Assembly: GCA_035946335.1 (NCBI GenBank)
Contig: DASYZL010000006.1
Coordinates: 106,594-170,593, forward strand
Reading direction: 5' to 3'
DNA from: Patescibacteria group bacterium
GTDB lineage: Bacteria > Patescibacteriota > Microgenomatia > Levybacterales > UBA12049
Length of the DNA stretch: 64,000 nt
Made by a program: the position numbers and the translations under genes. Below, piece by piece: positions 50,198 through 58,782 of the stretch. Position 1 is the first letter of the stretch. Every line of letters begins with the position of its first letter. The notes beneath the pieces are model-generated. The model had not been told where the DNA came from, did no database searches, and saw only the letters and a list, made by a program, of their open reading frames with translations.

Positions 50198-52309
50198 ATG
50201 GCAGACCAAACACTTAATCGTCATGCAGAACTGGATAAAATCCGCAATATTGGCATTATTGCACACATTGACGCGGGTAAAACCACAACAACCGAGCGCA
50301 TCCTTTATTATACCGGACGAACCTATAAAATCGGCGATATTGATGAAGGTAACACCCAAATGGACTGGATGGAACAGGAGAAAGAACGTGGAATTACTAT
50401 TGTCTCTGCGGCAACAACAACTTTTTGGAAAGACTATCGCATCAATATTATTGATACTCCCGGTCATGTTGATTTCACCGCAGAGGTAGAACGGTCACTT
50501 CGCGTCCTTGACGGTGGCATCACAGTCCTTGACGCAGAAGAGGGAGTACAATCTCAATCAGAGACAGTCTGGCGACAAGCAGACAAGTATAAAGTGCCGA
50601 GAATCTGTTTTGTGAATAAAATGGATAAACTAGGTGCGGATTTTTTTGCGACGGTTAAATCAATTGAGGACCGTCTCGGCGCAAACCCTGCAATCATGGT
50701 AATTCCCATCGGCTCTGAAAATACATACATTGGGAATGTTGATTTACTAACGAGAAAATCCTTTATATGGGGTTCCGATGAGCTTGGCGCGAAGTTTGAT
50801 GTGAAAAATGAAATTCCGCAAGATTTACAGAAAAAGGTTGAAGAATATCGACAAAAACTGGTTGAAAAAATTGCAGAAACGAACGATATATTGTTGGAGA
50901 AGTATTTGGCAGGTGATGAAATTTCTGTGGATGAGTTAAAAAAAGCTCTTCGTGCAGCAGTGATTGCGTATAAACTCGTCCCTATTTATGCCGGTACATC
51001 TTTGAGGAATAAAGGCGTGCAACCCCTTCTTGACGCTGTCGTTGATTATCTTCCTTCACCAGTTGATTTGGGCGAAGTAAGAGGGGAAAATCCAAAAACA
51101 AACGCAGAAGAAATCAGAAAGTTAACCCCTGAGGAAACAATGTGTGGCCTTGCATTTAAGATTCAGATTGATCCGCATGTTGGAAAACTCACCTACTTTC
51201 GCGTATATTCAGGGAAAATGCAAGCAGGATCATATGTATACAACAGCACGAAGCATGTCACTGAACGCATTGGGCGACTGTTACTAATGCATGCGAATAA
51301 CCGTGAGGAAATTAAAGAAGCGTATGCGGGGGAAATTGTTGCACTTGTTGGATTAAAAGATACCATTACCGGGGATACGCTATGTGATGAGGAATCGCCA
51401 ATTGTCCTTGAAAAAATTACCTTCCCTGAACCGGTTATTTCTCTTGCAATTGAACCACAAACAAAAGCAGACCAGGAAAAACTCGGCCTTGCGCTCAAAC
51501 GACTTACCGAAGAAGATCCAACTTTTACCGTAAAAACAAACCACGAAACAAATCAAACTATTATTTCCGGTATCGGCGAATTACAGCTTGAAGTCATGGT
51601 TGACCGGATGAAACGGGAGTTCGGTGTTGTTGCCAATGTCGGTGCACCACAAGTCGCATACAAGGAAACAATCAAGCAATCAGCGCAGGGAGAAGGGAAA
51701 TATATTCGCCAGTCAGGAGGACGGGGGCAATACGGCCATTGTTGGCTACGCTTGGAACCCAAGCCTCGTGGTGAAGGTAATGAATTTGTTAACTCGATCA
51801 AAGGCGGTGTTATTCCTGCAGAATTTATTACCTCTGTGCAAAAAGGAGTCAAAGAAACTGAAGAGAATGGTGTCCTGTTAGGTTACCCTGTCGTTGATGC
51901 GAAAGTATCTTTGTACGATGGGTCATACCATGAAGTTGACTCATCAGACGTTGCATTTAAAATTGCAGCAAGTATGGCATTCCAGGCAGCGGCAAAAAAA
52001 GCAGACCTTACGCTTCTTGAACCGGTAATGAAAGTAGAAGTCACAACGCCGAGTGAATATATGGGAGACATCATTGGTGACTTATCCAGTAAACGTGCGC
52101 AAATTCTTGGTACAGAAGAGCGCGCTCGCGCAACAATTATCAATGCGATGGTACCGCTCGCAGAACTGTCAGGATATGCAACGCAACTTCGCAGCATGTC
52201 ACAAGGAAGAGCAAGTTATTACATGGAACCTTCTCATTACGAGGAAGTACCGAGAAATATCATTGAACAGCTGCTTGCAAAATCTACGTTTACCGGACGG
52301 GTGGAGTAA
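50198..52309 (+). CDS. fusA: Elongation factor G (inverted relative to the str operon)
   Basis: [35 protein letters not shown] and GSYHEVDSS motifs. Confidence 0.99.
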   Translation: MADQTLNRHAELDKIRNIGIIAHIDAGKTTTTERILYYTGRTYKIGDIDEGNTQMDWMEQEKERGITIVSAATTTFWKDYRINIIDTPGHVDFTAEVERSLRVLDGGITVLDAEEGVQSQSETVWRQADKYKVPRICFVNKMDKLGADFFATVKSIEDRLGANPAIMVIPIGSENTYIGNVDLLTRKSFIWGSDELGAKFDVKNEIPQDLQKKVEEYRQKLVEKIAETNDILLEKYLAGDEISVDELKKALRAAVIAYKLVPIYAGTSLRNKGVQPLLDAVVDYLPSPVDLGEVRGENPKTNAEEIRKLTPEETMCGLAFKIQIDPHVGKLTYFRVYSGKMQAGSYVYNSTKHVTERIGRLLLMHANNREEIKEAYAGEIVALVGLKDTITGDTLCDEESPIVLEKITFPEPVISLAIEPQTKADQEKLGLALKRLTEEDPTFTVKTNHETNQTIISGIGELQLEVMVDRMKREFGVVANVGAPQVAYKETIKQSAQGEGKYIRQSGGRGQYGHCWLRLEPKPRGEGNEFVNSIKGGVIPAEFITSVQKGVKETEENGVLLGYPVVDAKVSLYDGSYHEVDSSDVAFKIAASMAFQAAAKKADLTLLEPVMKVEVTTPSEYMGDIIGDLSSKRAQILGTEERARATIINAMVPLAELSGYATQLRSMSQGRASYYMEPSHYEEVPRNIIEQLLAKSTFTGRVE

Positions 52310-52324
52310 ATTCTCTGCATAACC

Positions 52325-52903
52325 ATGAATGTTCAGAAATTCAAAGAGGATATTGTTTTCCAGGAAAATTTAAGAGGATACAACTTCATTTTTCATAGTA
52401 CGTGGGGACTTTTCAGCTATAATGCTATTGATGCGGGAACGCAGCTTCTTATTGATTCCATGCATATTAACCCATCTGATGTTGTGCTGGATTTGGGCTG
52501 CGGATATGGCGCAATCGGTATCGTTGCCGCAAAACTTGCACCACAAGGTCATATTCATATGGTTGATAAAGACTTTGTTGCTGTAGCATATGCAGAAAAA
52601 AACGCGGAAGCAAATAAACTGAAAAATTGCGAAGCGTATTTAAGTAATGGCTTCAGTCATATCGATCCGAAGCGAACGTTTCATGTTATCCTTTCCAATC
52701 TCCCCTCACACATGAGTAAGGAAGTCTTAAGTATTTTTCTCTCTGACGCGAAAGATCATTTAAAAACCGGGGGAATGATTTCCCTTGTCATTGCATCCCG
52801 TCTAAAACATTTCATACAAATTTCACTGCAGGATATCTTTGGCAATTGTGAAATAGTAGCACAGAACAAAACATACATTATGTGCACCGCGATAAAACAA
52901 TAA
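52325..52903 (+). CDS. RsmC/MTS-like class I methyltransferase
   Basis: WGLFS...IDAGT.LL, LDLGCGYG and SNLP motifs. Confidence 0.85.
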   Translation: MNVQKFKEDIVFQENLRGYNFIFHSTWGLFSYNAIDAGTQLLIDSMHINPSDVVLDLGCGYGAIGIVAAKLAPQGHIHMVDKDFVAVAYAEKNAEANKLKNCEAYLSNGFSHIDPKRTFHVILSNLPSHMSKEVLSIFLSDAKDHLKTGGMISLVIASRLKHFIQISLQDIFGNCEIVAQNKTYIMCTAIKQ

Positions 52904-53533
52904 TTACTGTAAGGTAACGTGGATTCGTGATTGCAATAGATTTGCCGGTGATCCGAGCTGTGTTTTCATCTGCACCTGATACAAATCGTTCCCGCTTCCC
53001 AGTTGGACCGGTTGCGAAATAAGATACTGCGGACTTGCTCCACCGGAAAAGTACATGTCAGAATACCATACTTCATGTCCTGCGGTAACATCATACAGGC
53101 GTACCCATGCTGTTTCATTTGCCGTTGGAACCTGAATCGAAGCTTCAAAAATAACCTGCTTCAGGTGAGTATAGTTTGCCGGATTAATATACGTTTGTAG
53201 CCCCGCAACATCTGTCCAGTCAGTCGCAGTACTTTGCCCTGAACCAAAAGGAATATAATAATCTTTTGCTAAAATTACTTGCGCTACAACCGGAGTAACG
53301 GCAGAAACCGCCGGCTGTGGTGTACTCGTAGGAACAAATACAACTGTTGGCGTTGGTGTTAGTATCGATGGAGTTGATTGCACAACGTTTTGCATTTGCT
53401 CTAAAAACGGCGCGTTTGGATTTTTCCGAATGAGTTGTTGCGCAAGTAAAACATCTACAAGGATAATATTTATTCCGATTGCAAATTCAATAACACTGAA
53501 AAGCTTTTTCCACCACGGAACAGAGTAATACAT
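52904..53533 (-). CDS. Hypothetical membrane-anchored protein with Pro/Thr linker and beta-rich domain
   Basis: TM helix, then [12 protein letters not shown] and YYIPFGSG. Promoter TTGACT-18-TACGCT lies 6 nt before ATG 53533. Confidence 0.75.
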   Translation of the reverse strand: MYYSVPWWKKLFSVIEFAIGINIILVDVLLAQQLIRKNPNAPFLEQMQNVVQSTPSILTPTPTVVFVPTSTPQPAVSAVTPVVAQVILAKDYYIPFGSGQSTATDWTDVAGLQTYINPANYTHLKQVIFEASIQVPTANETAWVRLYDVTAGHEVWYSDMYFSGGASPQYLISQPVQLGSGNDLYQVQMKTQLGSPANLLQSRIHVTLQ

Positions 53534-53607
53534 AAGGTAAGCGTAACGGAAAAGGGGGAAAAGAGTCAAGAAATGCGTTTTCTATATTCCTACTTCTGTC
53601 GCTATTT

Positions 53608-54054
53608 TTACTCCTTTAGGATTCTGTTTACCGGTAAGACTTGTTTTTGCGCTTTAACAAAACAATAAGCATCAAAATAAGATCCGGCATTTTCTCCGAT
53701 AGCATAAATTATTTTTTTCTCCATAAGAGTAGAATCTATGATTTCACCTGTTGGAGAAATTGTTTGCAGTGTCGGCCCAGATGCTAACCACACTCCCCGT
53801 CGATCAGTATCTTGAGGAAATAATACTCGTGCAGTATCTGCAGATAATCTTCTTCCTAAATTCTTTTTAAGACAAGCGTTAAAAGTATCATATACGTTTG
53901 GGTAAAGTTCGCTCTCGCATCTTCGTATTGGGTTCTTAGTATCTTCAGGAGTAACTTGTTCTTGAATTTGTATCGGAGCGTCCGAAGAGACTTCAAAATA
54001 TTCGGAAACATCATTTGACGTAACAAGTAGTACTAAAAAACCTTCTTGGCTCAT
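53608..54054 (-). CDS. Hypothetical protein
   Basis: 148-aa ORF filling the gap right after rpsG; no motif recognised. Confidence 0.6.
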   Translation of the reverse strand: MSQEGFLVLLVTSNDVSEYFEVSSDAPIQIQEQVTPEDTKNPIRRCESELYPNVYDTFNACLKKNLGRRLSADTARVLFPQDTDRRGVWLASGPTLQTISPTGEIIDSTLMEKKIIYAIGENAGSYFDAYCFVKAQKQVLPVNRILKE

Positions 54055-54072
54055 GACTAGTGTACCGTAGCT

Positions 54073-54546
54073 TTACCACCTGAAGTGTGCGAATGCTTTA
54101 TTTGCTTCTGCTTGTCTATGCGTATTGTCTCGCTTTTTGGATGCTTCTCCTTTTCCTTCCAGTGCATCTAAAAATTCTGCAGCCAGCTTTCCACTCATCG
54201 CATGATATTCTTTATTTGACCGATTTTTTGCTGCCTCCAAAACCCAGCGGATAGCGAGTGCTGTTTTACGGTCTCCTTTTACTTCAACCGGCACTTGATA
54301 GTTAGCTCCCCCTACCCGTCGCGCTTTAATTTCTACTTTTGGACCAATTGCATCTAACGCCTTCTGAAATGTATCCACTGGATCCATTCCTTTTTTTTCA
54401 AAAGCATCAAGCATGTCATAGACAATTTTTTCTGCAGCCTTTTTTTTACCGTCTATCATCACACAATTGATAAATTTGGCAATCAACGTACTGCCATATA
54501 TTCCGTCTGGCCTGATTAATCGCTTTACTGCTTTCTTGTGTCTCAT
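54073..54546 (-). CDS. rpsG: 30S ribosomal protein S7
   Basis: M.DGKK, RRVGGANYQVPVEV and AEANKAFAHFRW motifs. Confidence 0.98.
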   Translation of the reverse strand: MRHKKAVKRLIRPDGIYGSTLIAKFINCVMIDGKKKAAEKIVYDMLDAFEKKGMDPVDTFQKALDAIGPKVEIKARRVGGANYQVPVEVKGDRKTALAIRWVLEAAKNRSNKEYHAMSGKLAAEFLDALEGKGEASKKRDNTHRQAEANKAFAHFRW

Positions 54547-54547
54547 A

Positions 54548-54979
54548 TTACTTTACTGCTACTTTTCCTCCTTGCGGCTTTTTTGCGCCATATTTACTCC
54601 GTGATCGCTTCCGTCCTTCTACACCCTGCAAATCAAACTTACCCCGGACAATATGGTACTTTACACCAGCCAAATCTTTTACGCGACCGCCTCTGACAAG
54701 CACAATACCATGTTCTGCCAACGTATGTCCAACACCCTGGATATATGCCGTTACTTCCGCTCTGTTGGATAACTTTACCCTGGCGACTTTTCTCAAGGCT
54801 GAATTTGGCTTCCTTGGCGTCATTGTTTTCACTAAAGTCACAACCCCACGTTTTTGCGGAGACATATCATTTGTGTACACTCTGTCTTTTGCATTATATG
54901 ACTTTCGTAAACCAGTCACGCGGGTTTTTTTAATTTTTTTCTTTCTTCCATTTTTAACAAGTTGTGATAGTGTCGGCAT
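54548..54979 (-). CDS. rpsL: 30S ribosomal protein S12
   Basis: [24 protein letters not shown] and RGGRVKDL motifs. Confidence 0.98.
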   Translation of the reverse strand: MPTLSQLVKNGRKKKIKKTRVTGLRKSYNAKDRVYTNDMSPQKRGVVTLVKTMTPRKPNSALRKVARVKLSNRAEVTAYIQGVGHTLAEHGIVLVRGGRVKDLAGVKYHIVRGKFDLQGVEGRKRSRSKYGAKKPQGGKVAVK

Positions 54980-54996
54980 AGAATTTTGTTGTGTTA

Positions 54997-57900
54997 TTAT
55001 ACCTCTCCCTGCGGTGCCACTGCAAGGGTAGTATCAAGAGGCATTTGCGGAAGTTCTTCCTCATAGATTGGCGTTTCTTTTCCGCTAACTGGAATAAGTC
55101 TTCCGATAATAACATTTTCCTTCAGTCCTACGAGTCTATCTTCCCGCCCTTCCAAAGCAGCGTCAGTTAAGATTTTTGTCGTATCCTGAAATGACGCAGC
55201 AGACAACCAGCTGTCTGAAAAAAGCGCTGCTTTCGTAATACCCAAAATTTGCTGTCGTGCTGTTGCCGGTTCGCCACCCTGGGCAAGCGTCTCTGCATTT
55301 ACTTCTTCGAACCGTGTTGCTGTCACGTAGTCACCGGGAACAAACGGCGTATCGCCGACCGTCTCAATAGCAACTTTGTCAGACATCTTGCGTAAAATTA
55401 TTTCAAAATGCTTATCATTAATGACAATACCTTGTGATTCATATACCTTTTGCGCTTCAGTCAAGATATATTGCTGCGCTGCTTGTACACCCTTTACTTT
55501 AATGAGCTCTTTCGGATCAAGGTAACCATGTGCAAATGGAGTTCCCGCAGTAATTTCCTGTCCGTCTTTTACCCGCAATTCCATAGCCATCGGCACAAAA
55601 TATTCTTGCACCTCAACAGGTTTTATTTTGGTATTTGTCACAGTAATTTTATGTCCATCTTCTGTTGTTGTGATGGCAACTTTCCCGCTAATCTCTGCAA
55701 TTGGGGAGAGATTCTTCGGTGTCCTCATTTCAAACAATTCTTCAACGCGGGGAAGGCCATGTGTCACGTCTTGCATGACAGCACCTGCAACGTATCGGGT
55801 ACGCATAGTGAGCTGCGTTCCTGGTTCTCCAATTGACTGTGCAGCAATGACACCAACCGGAACACCAAAATCAACAGTCCGTTTTGTTGAGAAATCCCAA
55901 CCATAGCAGTTCCGACAAAGTCCGTAGGATAATTTACACGTAAGCGGAGAACGCACTGCTACCGCATCTATGCCTAATTTGACAATTTCCTTTGCTTTTT
56001 CTTCTGTTATCTCTTCTCCAGCTTCCACCAGCTTCTTCTTTGTTTTTTTGTTGGTAATTTTCTCCAAGGCAATTCGTCCGGCAATTCTGTCCATAAATGG
56101 CGTTGTGCGGTTCGGATCATTGGCAGATATGACAACACCCTGGTCAGTACCACAATCAATTTCGCGGATAATGACTTCATGTGCTGCGTCAACAAGTCTT
56201 CGTGTCAAATATCCTGCGTTTGCTGTTTTCAATGCTGAGTCGGTAAATCCTTTTCTTGAACCTCGAGCTGATGCAACATACTCAAAAATAGAAAGCCCTT
56301 CTCTGAAGTTACCCTTGATAGGAAGCTCAACAATTTTTCCCAGCGGATCAAGGATAAGACCGCGCATTGCGGAAAGCTGTTTAAGCTGCTCTTTACCGGC
56401 ACGTGATCCTTCTGAATTAATAACGGTTCGCACAATACTCTTCTCATCCAGATTTTTCCAGGTAAGATCAGCCATTTCGTCGGTCGTTTTGAGCCATACA
56501 TCATTTGAAAGCCGCTTCTTTTCTTCTGCAGTAATAAGGCCTTTTTGATACTCATCTTCAATCTGCGTAATTTTTTTCTCTGCTTGGGCAATCATTTGAT
56601 TTTTTTCAACAATCATTTTGTTATCAAATGCAGAAATAGAAATACCGGAAATGGTTGATCCCCAGAAACCCAGATTCTTAATGGCATCGATGAGATTTGC
56701 CACTTCCTGTGAGGAGTATGACTCAAGTGCTTTAGTAATCAATTTTTTAATTCCCGATGCTTTTACTGCCTCATTAATATAAATCATGCCCTTTAATAAA
56801 ACTTCATTAAATTTCAATCGTCCTGTTGTCGTTTCGACGAGTTCACTTTTTTCAGACAAACGTACCATAATTGGCTCACGGAGGTTGATTTTCTTCATTG
56901 CATAAGCAAGTAATGCGTCATTTGCACTCGCAAAGGTTGGTAGCTCTTTTCGCCGTTTTGCTTCGTCGAGTGTTGTAATGTAATAAATACCCAAAGCCAT
57001 TTCTTTGTTTGGCAATGTAATTGGTGTACCGTCAGCAGGCTTTAAGAGATTTTTTTGTGGCATCATCAGCTCAATTGCTTCTTTCTTTGCTTTTTCAGAA
57101 AGCGGAATATGTACAGCCATTTGATCACCATCAAAATCCGCATTATATCCAGTACATACACAGGGGTGCAGTGCTATTGCCGACCCTTCGATAAGGCGCG
57201 GATAAAACGCTTGGATACCGAGTTTATGCAGTGTTGGCGCACGATTAAGCAGCACCGGATGATCTTTTACGATTTCTTCCAGAATGTCAAAAACTTCTGG
57301 AGAGCGTTTTTCAATAAAGCGTTTTGCACTTTTAATATTTGGCGCATATCCGCGCATGATAACTTCGCGAAGCACAAACGGCTTAAACATTTCCAGAGCC
57401 ATTTCTTTTGGAAGTCCGCATTCGGACAAATTAAGGTTTGGTCCAACAACAATAACTGATCGTCCTGAATAATCTACCCGTTTTCCGAGCAGATTCTGAC
57501 GGAACCTTCCTTGTTTTCCTCGTAGCATGTCAGAAAGAGAGCGAAGCGGAGCTGCAACAGTTTGACTGGTCCGTTGACTTGCATCAATGAGTGCATCGAC
57601 TGATTCCTGCAACATCCGTTTTTCATTTCGCAAAATGATTTCAGGCGCACCTAAAAGAATCAGATGCTTCAAACGATTGTTCCGGTTAATCACGCGGCGA
57701 TACAAATCATTCAAATCGCTTGTTGCAAAACGGCCACCGGAAAGTTGTACCATAGGTCGAAGGTCTGGCGGAATAACCGGCAACACAGATAAAATGAGCG
57801 CATTGGGGTTTACTTGTGCCTTTTTCATCGCCTCAATGAGCCGCAATCGTTTAATGAGTTTCAGATATTTTTGACCGGAAGCCTTTTCCAGTTCTTTGCG

Positions 57901-58782
57901 AAGTTGCGCAATAAGATCATCAAGTATTATCATACTGACCAGTTCAAGAATTGCCTCTGCGCCGGTTTTGATGGTAAAGAATACTGGAATATCGTATTCA
58001 AGAATTTTGAAGTATTCATCTTCTGATAAAACCGATGATACTTTCAAACCTTTCAGCAAATTGTTGAGCGCTGTTCCAATTTCTTCCACTTTCTTTGTCT
58101 CTTCGGCAAACCGTTCTGAGAGACGCGTCAATTTCTGTCGTTTTGCTAATGCTAATTCTTCACCAATAAGTTTTTTTTGCTCAGACCGAACAGAGAGTTC
58201 TTTGGCATCTTCTTTTCTTGAAGCATTATCTTCTTTAATTTTTGCTTCTTCTTTTTCCTTGTCTTCCTTCAGTGCCTGTTTTCGCTCGTCAATACTTTCA
58301 GCAAGTTTCCCAAGTGCTTCCTTCTTCTTTTCTTCATCAATACCAACAACAAGGTACGATGCATAGTAAATAACAGACTCAAGGTTACGCTGGGATATAT
58401 CAAGAATAGTTGAAAGCGGACTTGATGCTCCTTTAAAAAACCAGACGTGCGCAACTGGGGATGATAGCGTAATGTGTCCCATACGTTCTCTCCTCACGCG
58501 AGACAATGTCACTTCAACGCCGCACTTATCGCACGTAATACCTTTATAACGTATCCGCTTGTATTTTCCACAGTAACACTCCCAATCTTTTGTTGGTCCG
58601 AAAATGCGCTCATCGAACAATCCATCTTTTTCAGGACGCAGTGTACGATAGTTAATGGTTTCCGGTTTGGTTACTTCACCATATGACCAATTAAGCATGT
58701 CGTCTTTGTTCGCGAGTAAAATTTTGAGCGATGAAAAGTCAACAAATGTGACGTCTTTCATTTTTTTATCTGTCTGGTTCAT
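54997..58782 (-). CDS. rpoC: RNA polymerase beta' subunit
   Basis: Zn finger [38 protein letters not shown] and [13 protein letters not shown] motifs. Confidence 0.99.
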   Translation of the reverse strand: MNQTDKKMKDVTFVDFSSLKILLANKDDMLNWSYGEVTKPETINYRTLRPEKDGLFDERIFGPTKDWECYCGKYKRIRYKGITCDKCGVEVTLSRVRRERMGHITLSSPVAHVWFFKGASSPLSTILDISQRNLESVIYYASYLVVGIDEEKKKEALGKLAESIDERKQALKEDKEKEEAKIKEDNASRKEDAKELSVRSEQKKLIGEELALAKRQKLTRLSERFAEETKKVEEIGTALNNLLKGLKVSSVLSEDEYFKILEYDIPVFFTIKTGAEAILELVSMIILDDLIAQLRKELEKASGQKYLKLIKRLRLIEAMKKAQVNPNALILSVLPVIPPDLRPMVQLSGGRFATSDLNDLYRRVINRNNRLKHLILLGAPEIILRNEKRMLQESVDALIDASQRTSQTVAAPLRSLSDMLRGKQGRFRQNLLGKRVDYSGRSVIVVGPNLNLSECGLPKEMALEMFKPFVLREVIMRGYAPNIKSAKRFIEKRSPEVFDILEEIVKDHPVLLNRAPTLHKLGIQAFYPRLIEGSAIALHPCVCTGYNADFDGDQMAVHIPLSEKAKKEAIELMMPQKNLLKPADGTPITLPNKEMALGIYYITTLDEAKRRKELPTFASANDALLAYAMKKINLREPIMVRLSEKSELVETTTGRLKFNEVLLKGMIYINEAVKASGIKKLITKALESYSSQEVANLIDAIKNLGFWGSTISGISISAFDNKMIVEKNQMIAQAEKKITQIEDEYQKGLITAEEKKRLSNDVWLKTTDEMADLTWKNLDEKSIVRTVINSEGSRAGKEQLKQLSAMRGLILDPLGKIVELPIKGNFREGLSIFEYVASARGSRKGFTDSALKTANAGYLTRRLVDAAHEVIIREIDCGTDQGVVISANDPNRTTPFMDRIAGRIALEKITNKKTKKKLVEAGEEITEEKAKEIVKLGIDAVAVRSPLTCKLSYGLCRNCYGWDFSTKRTVDFGVPVGVIAAQSIGEPGTQLTMRTRYVAGAVMQDVTHGLPRVEELFEMRTPKNLSPIAEISGKVAITTTEDGHKITVTNTKIKPVEVQEYFVPMAMELRVKDGQEITAGTPFAHGYLDPKELIKVKGVQAAQQYILTEAQKVYESQGIVINDKHFEIILRKMSDKVAIETVGDTPFVPGDYVTATRFEEVNAETLAQGGEPATARQQILGITKAALFSDSWLSAASFQDTTKILTDAALEGREDRLVGLKENVIIGRLIPVSGKETPIYEEELPQMPLDTTLAVAPQGEV

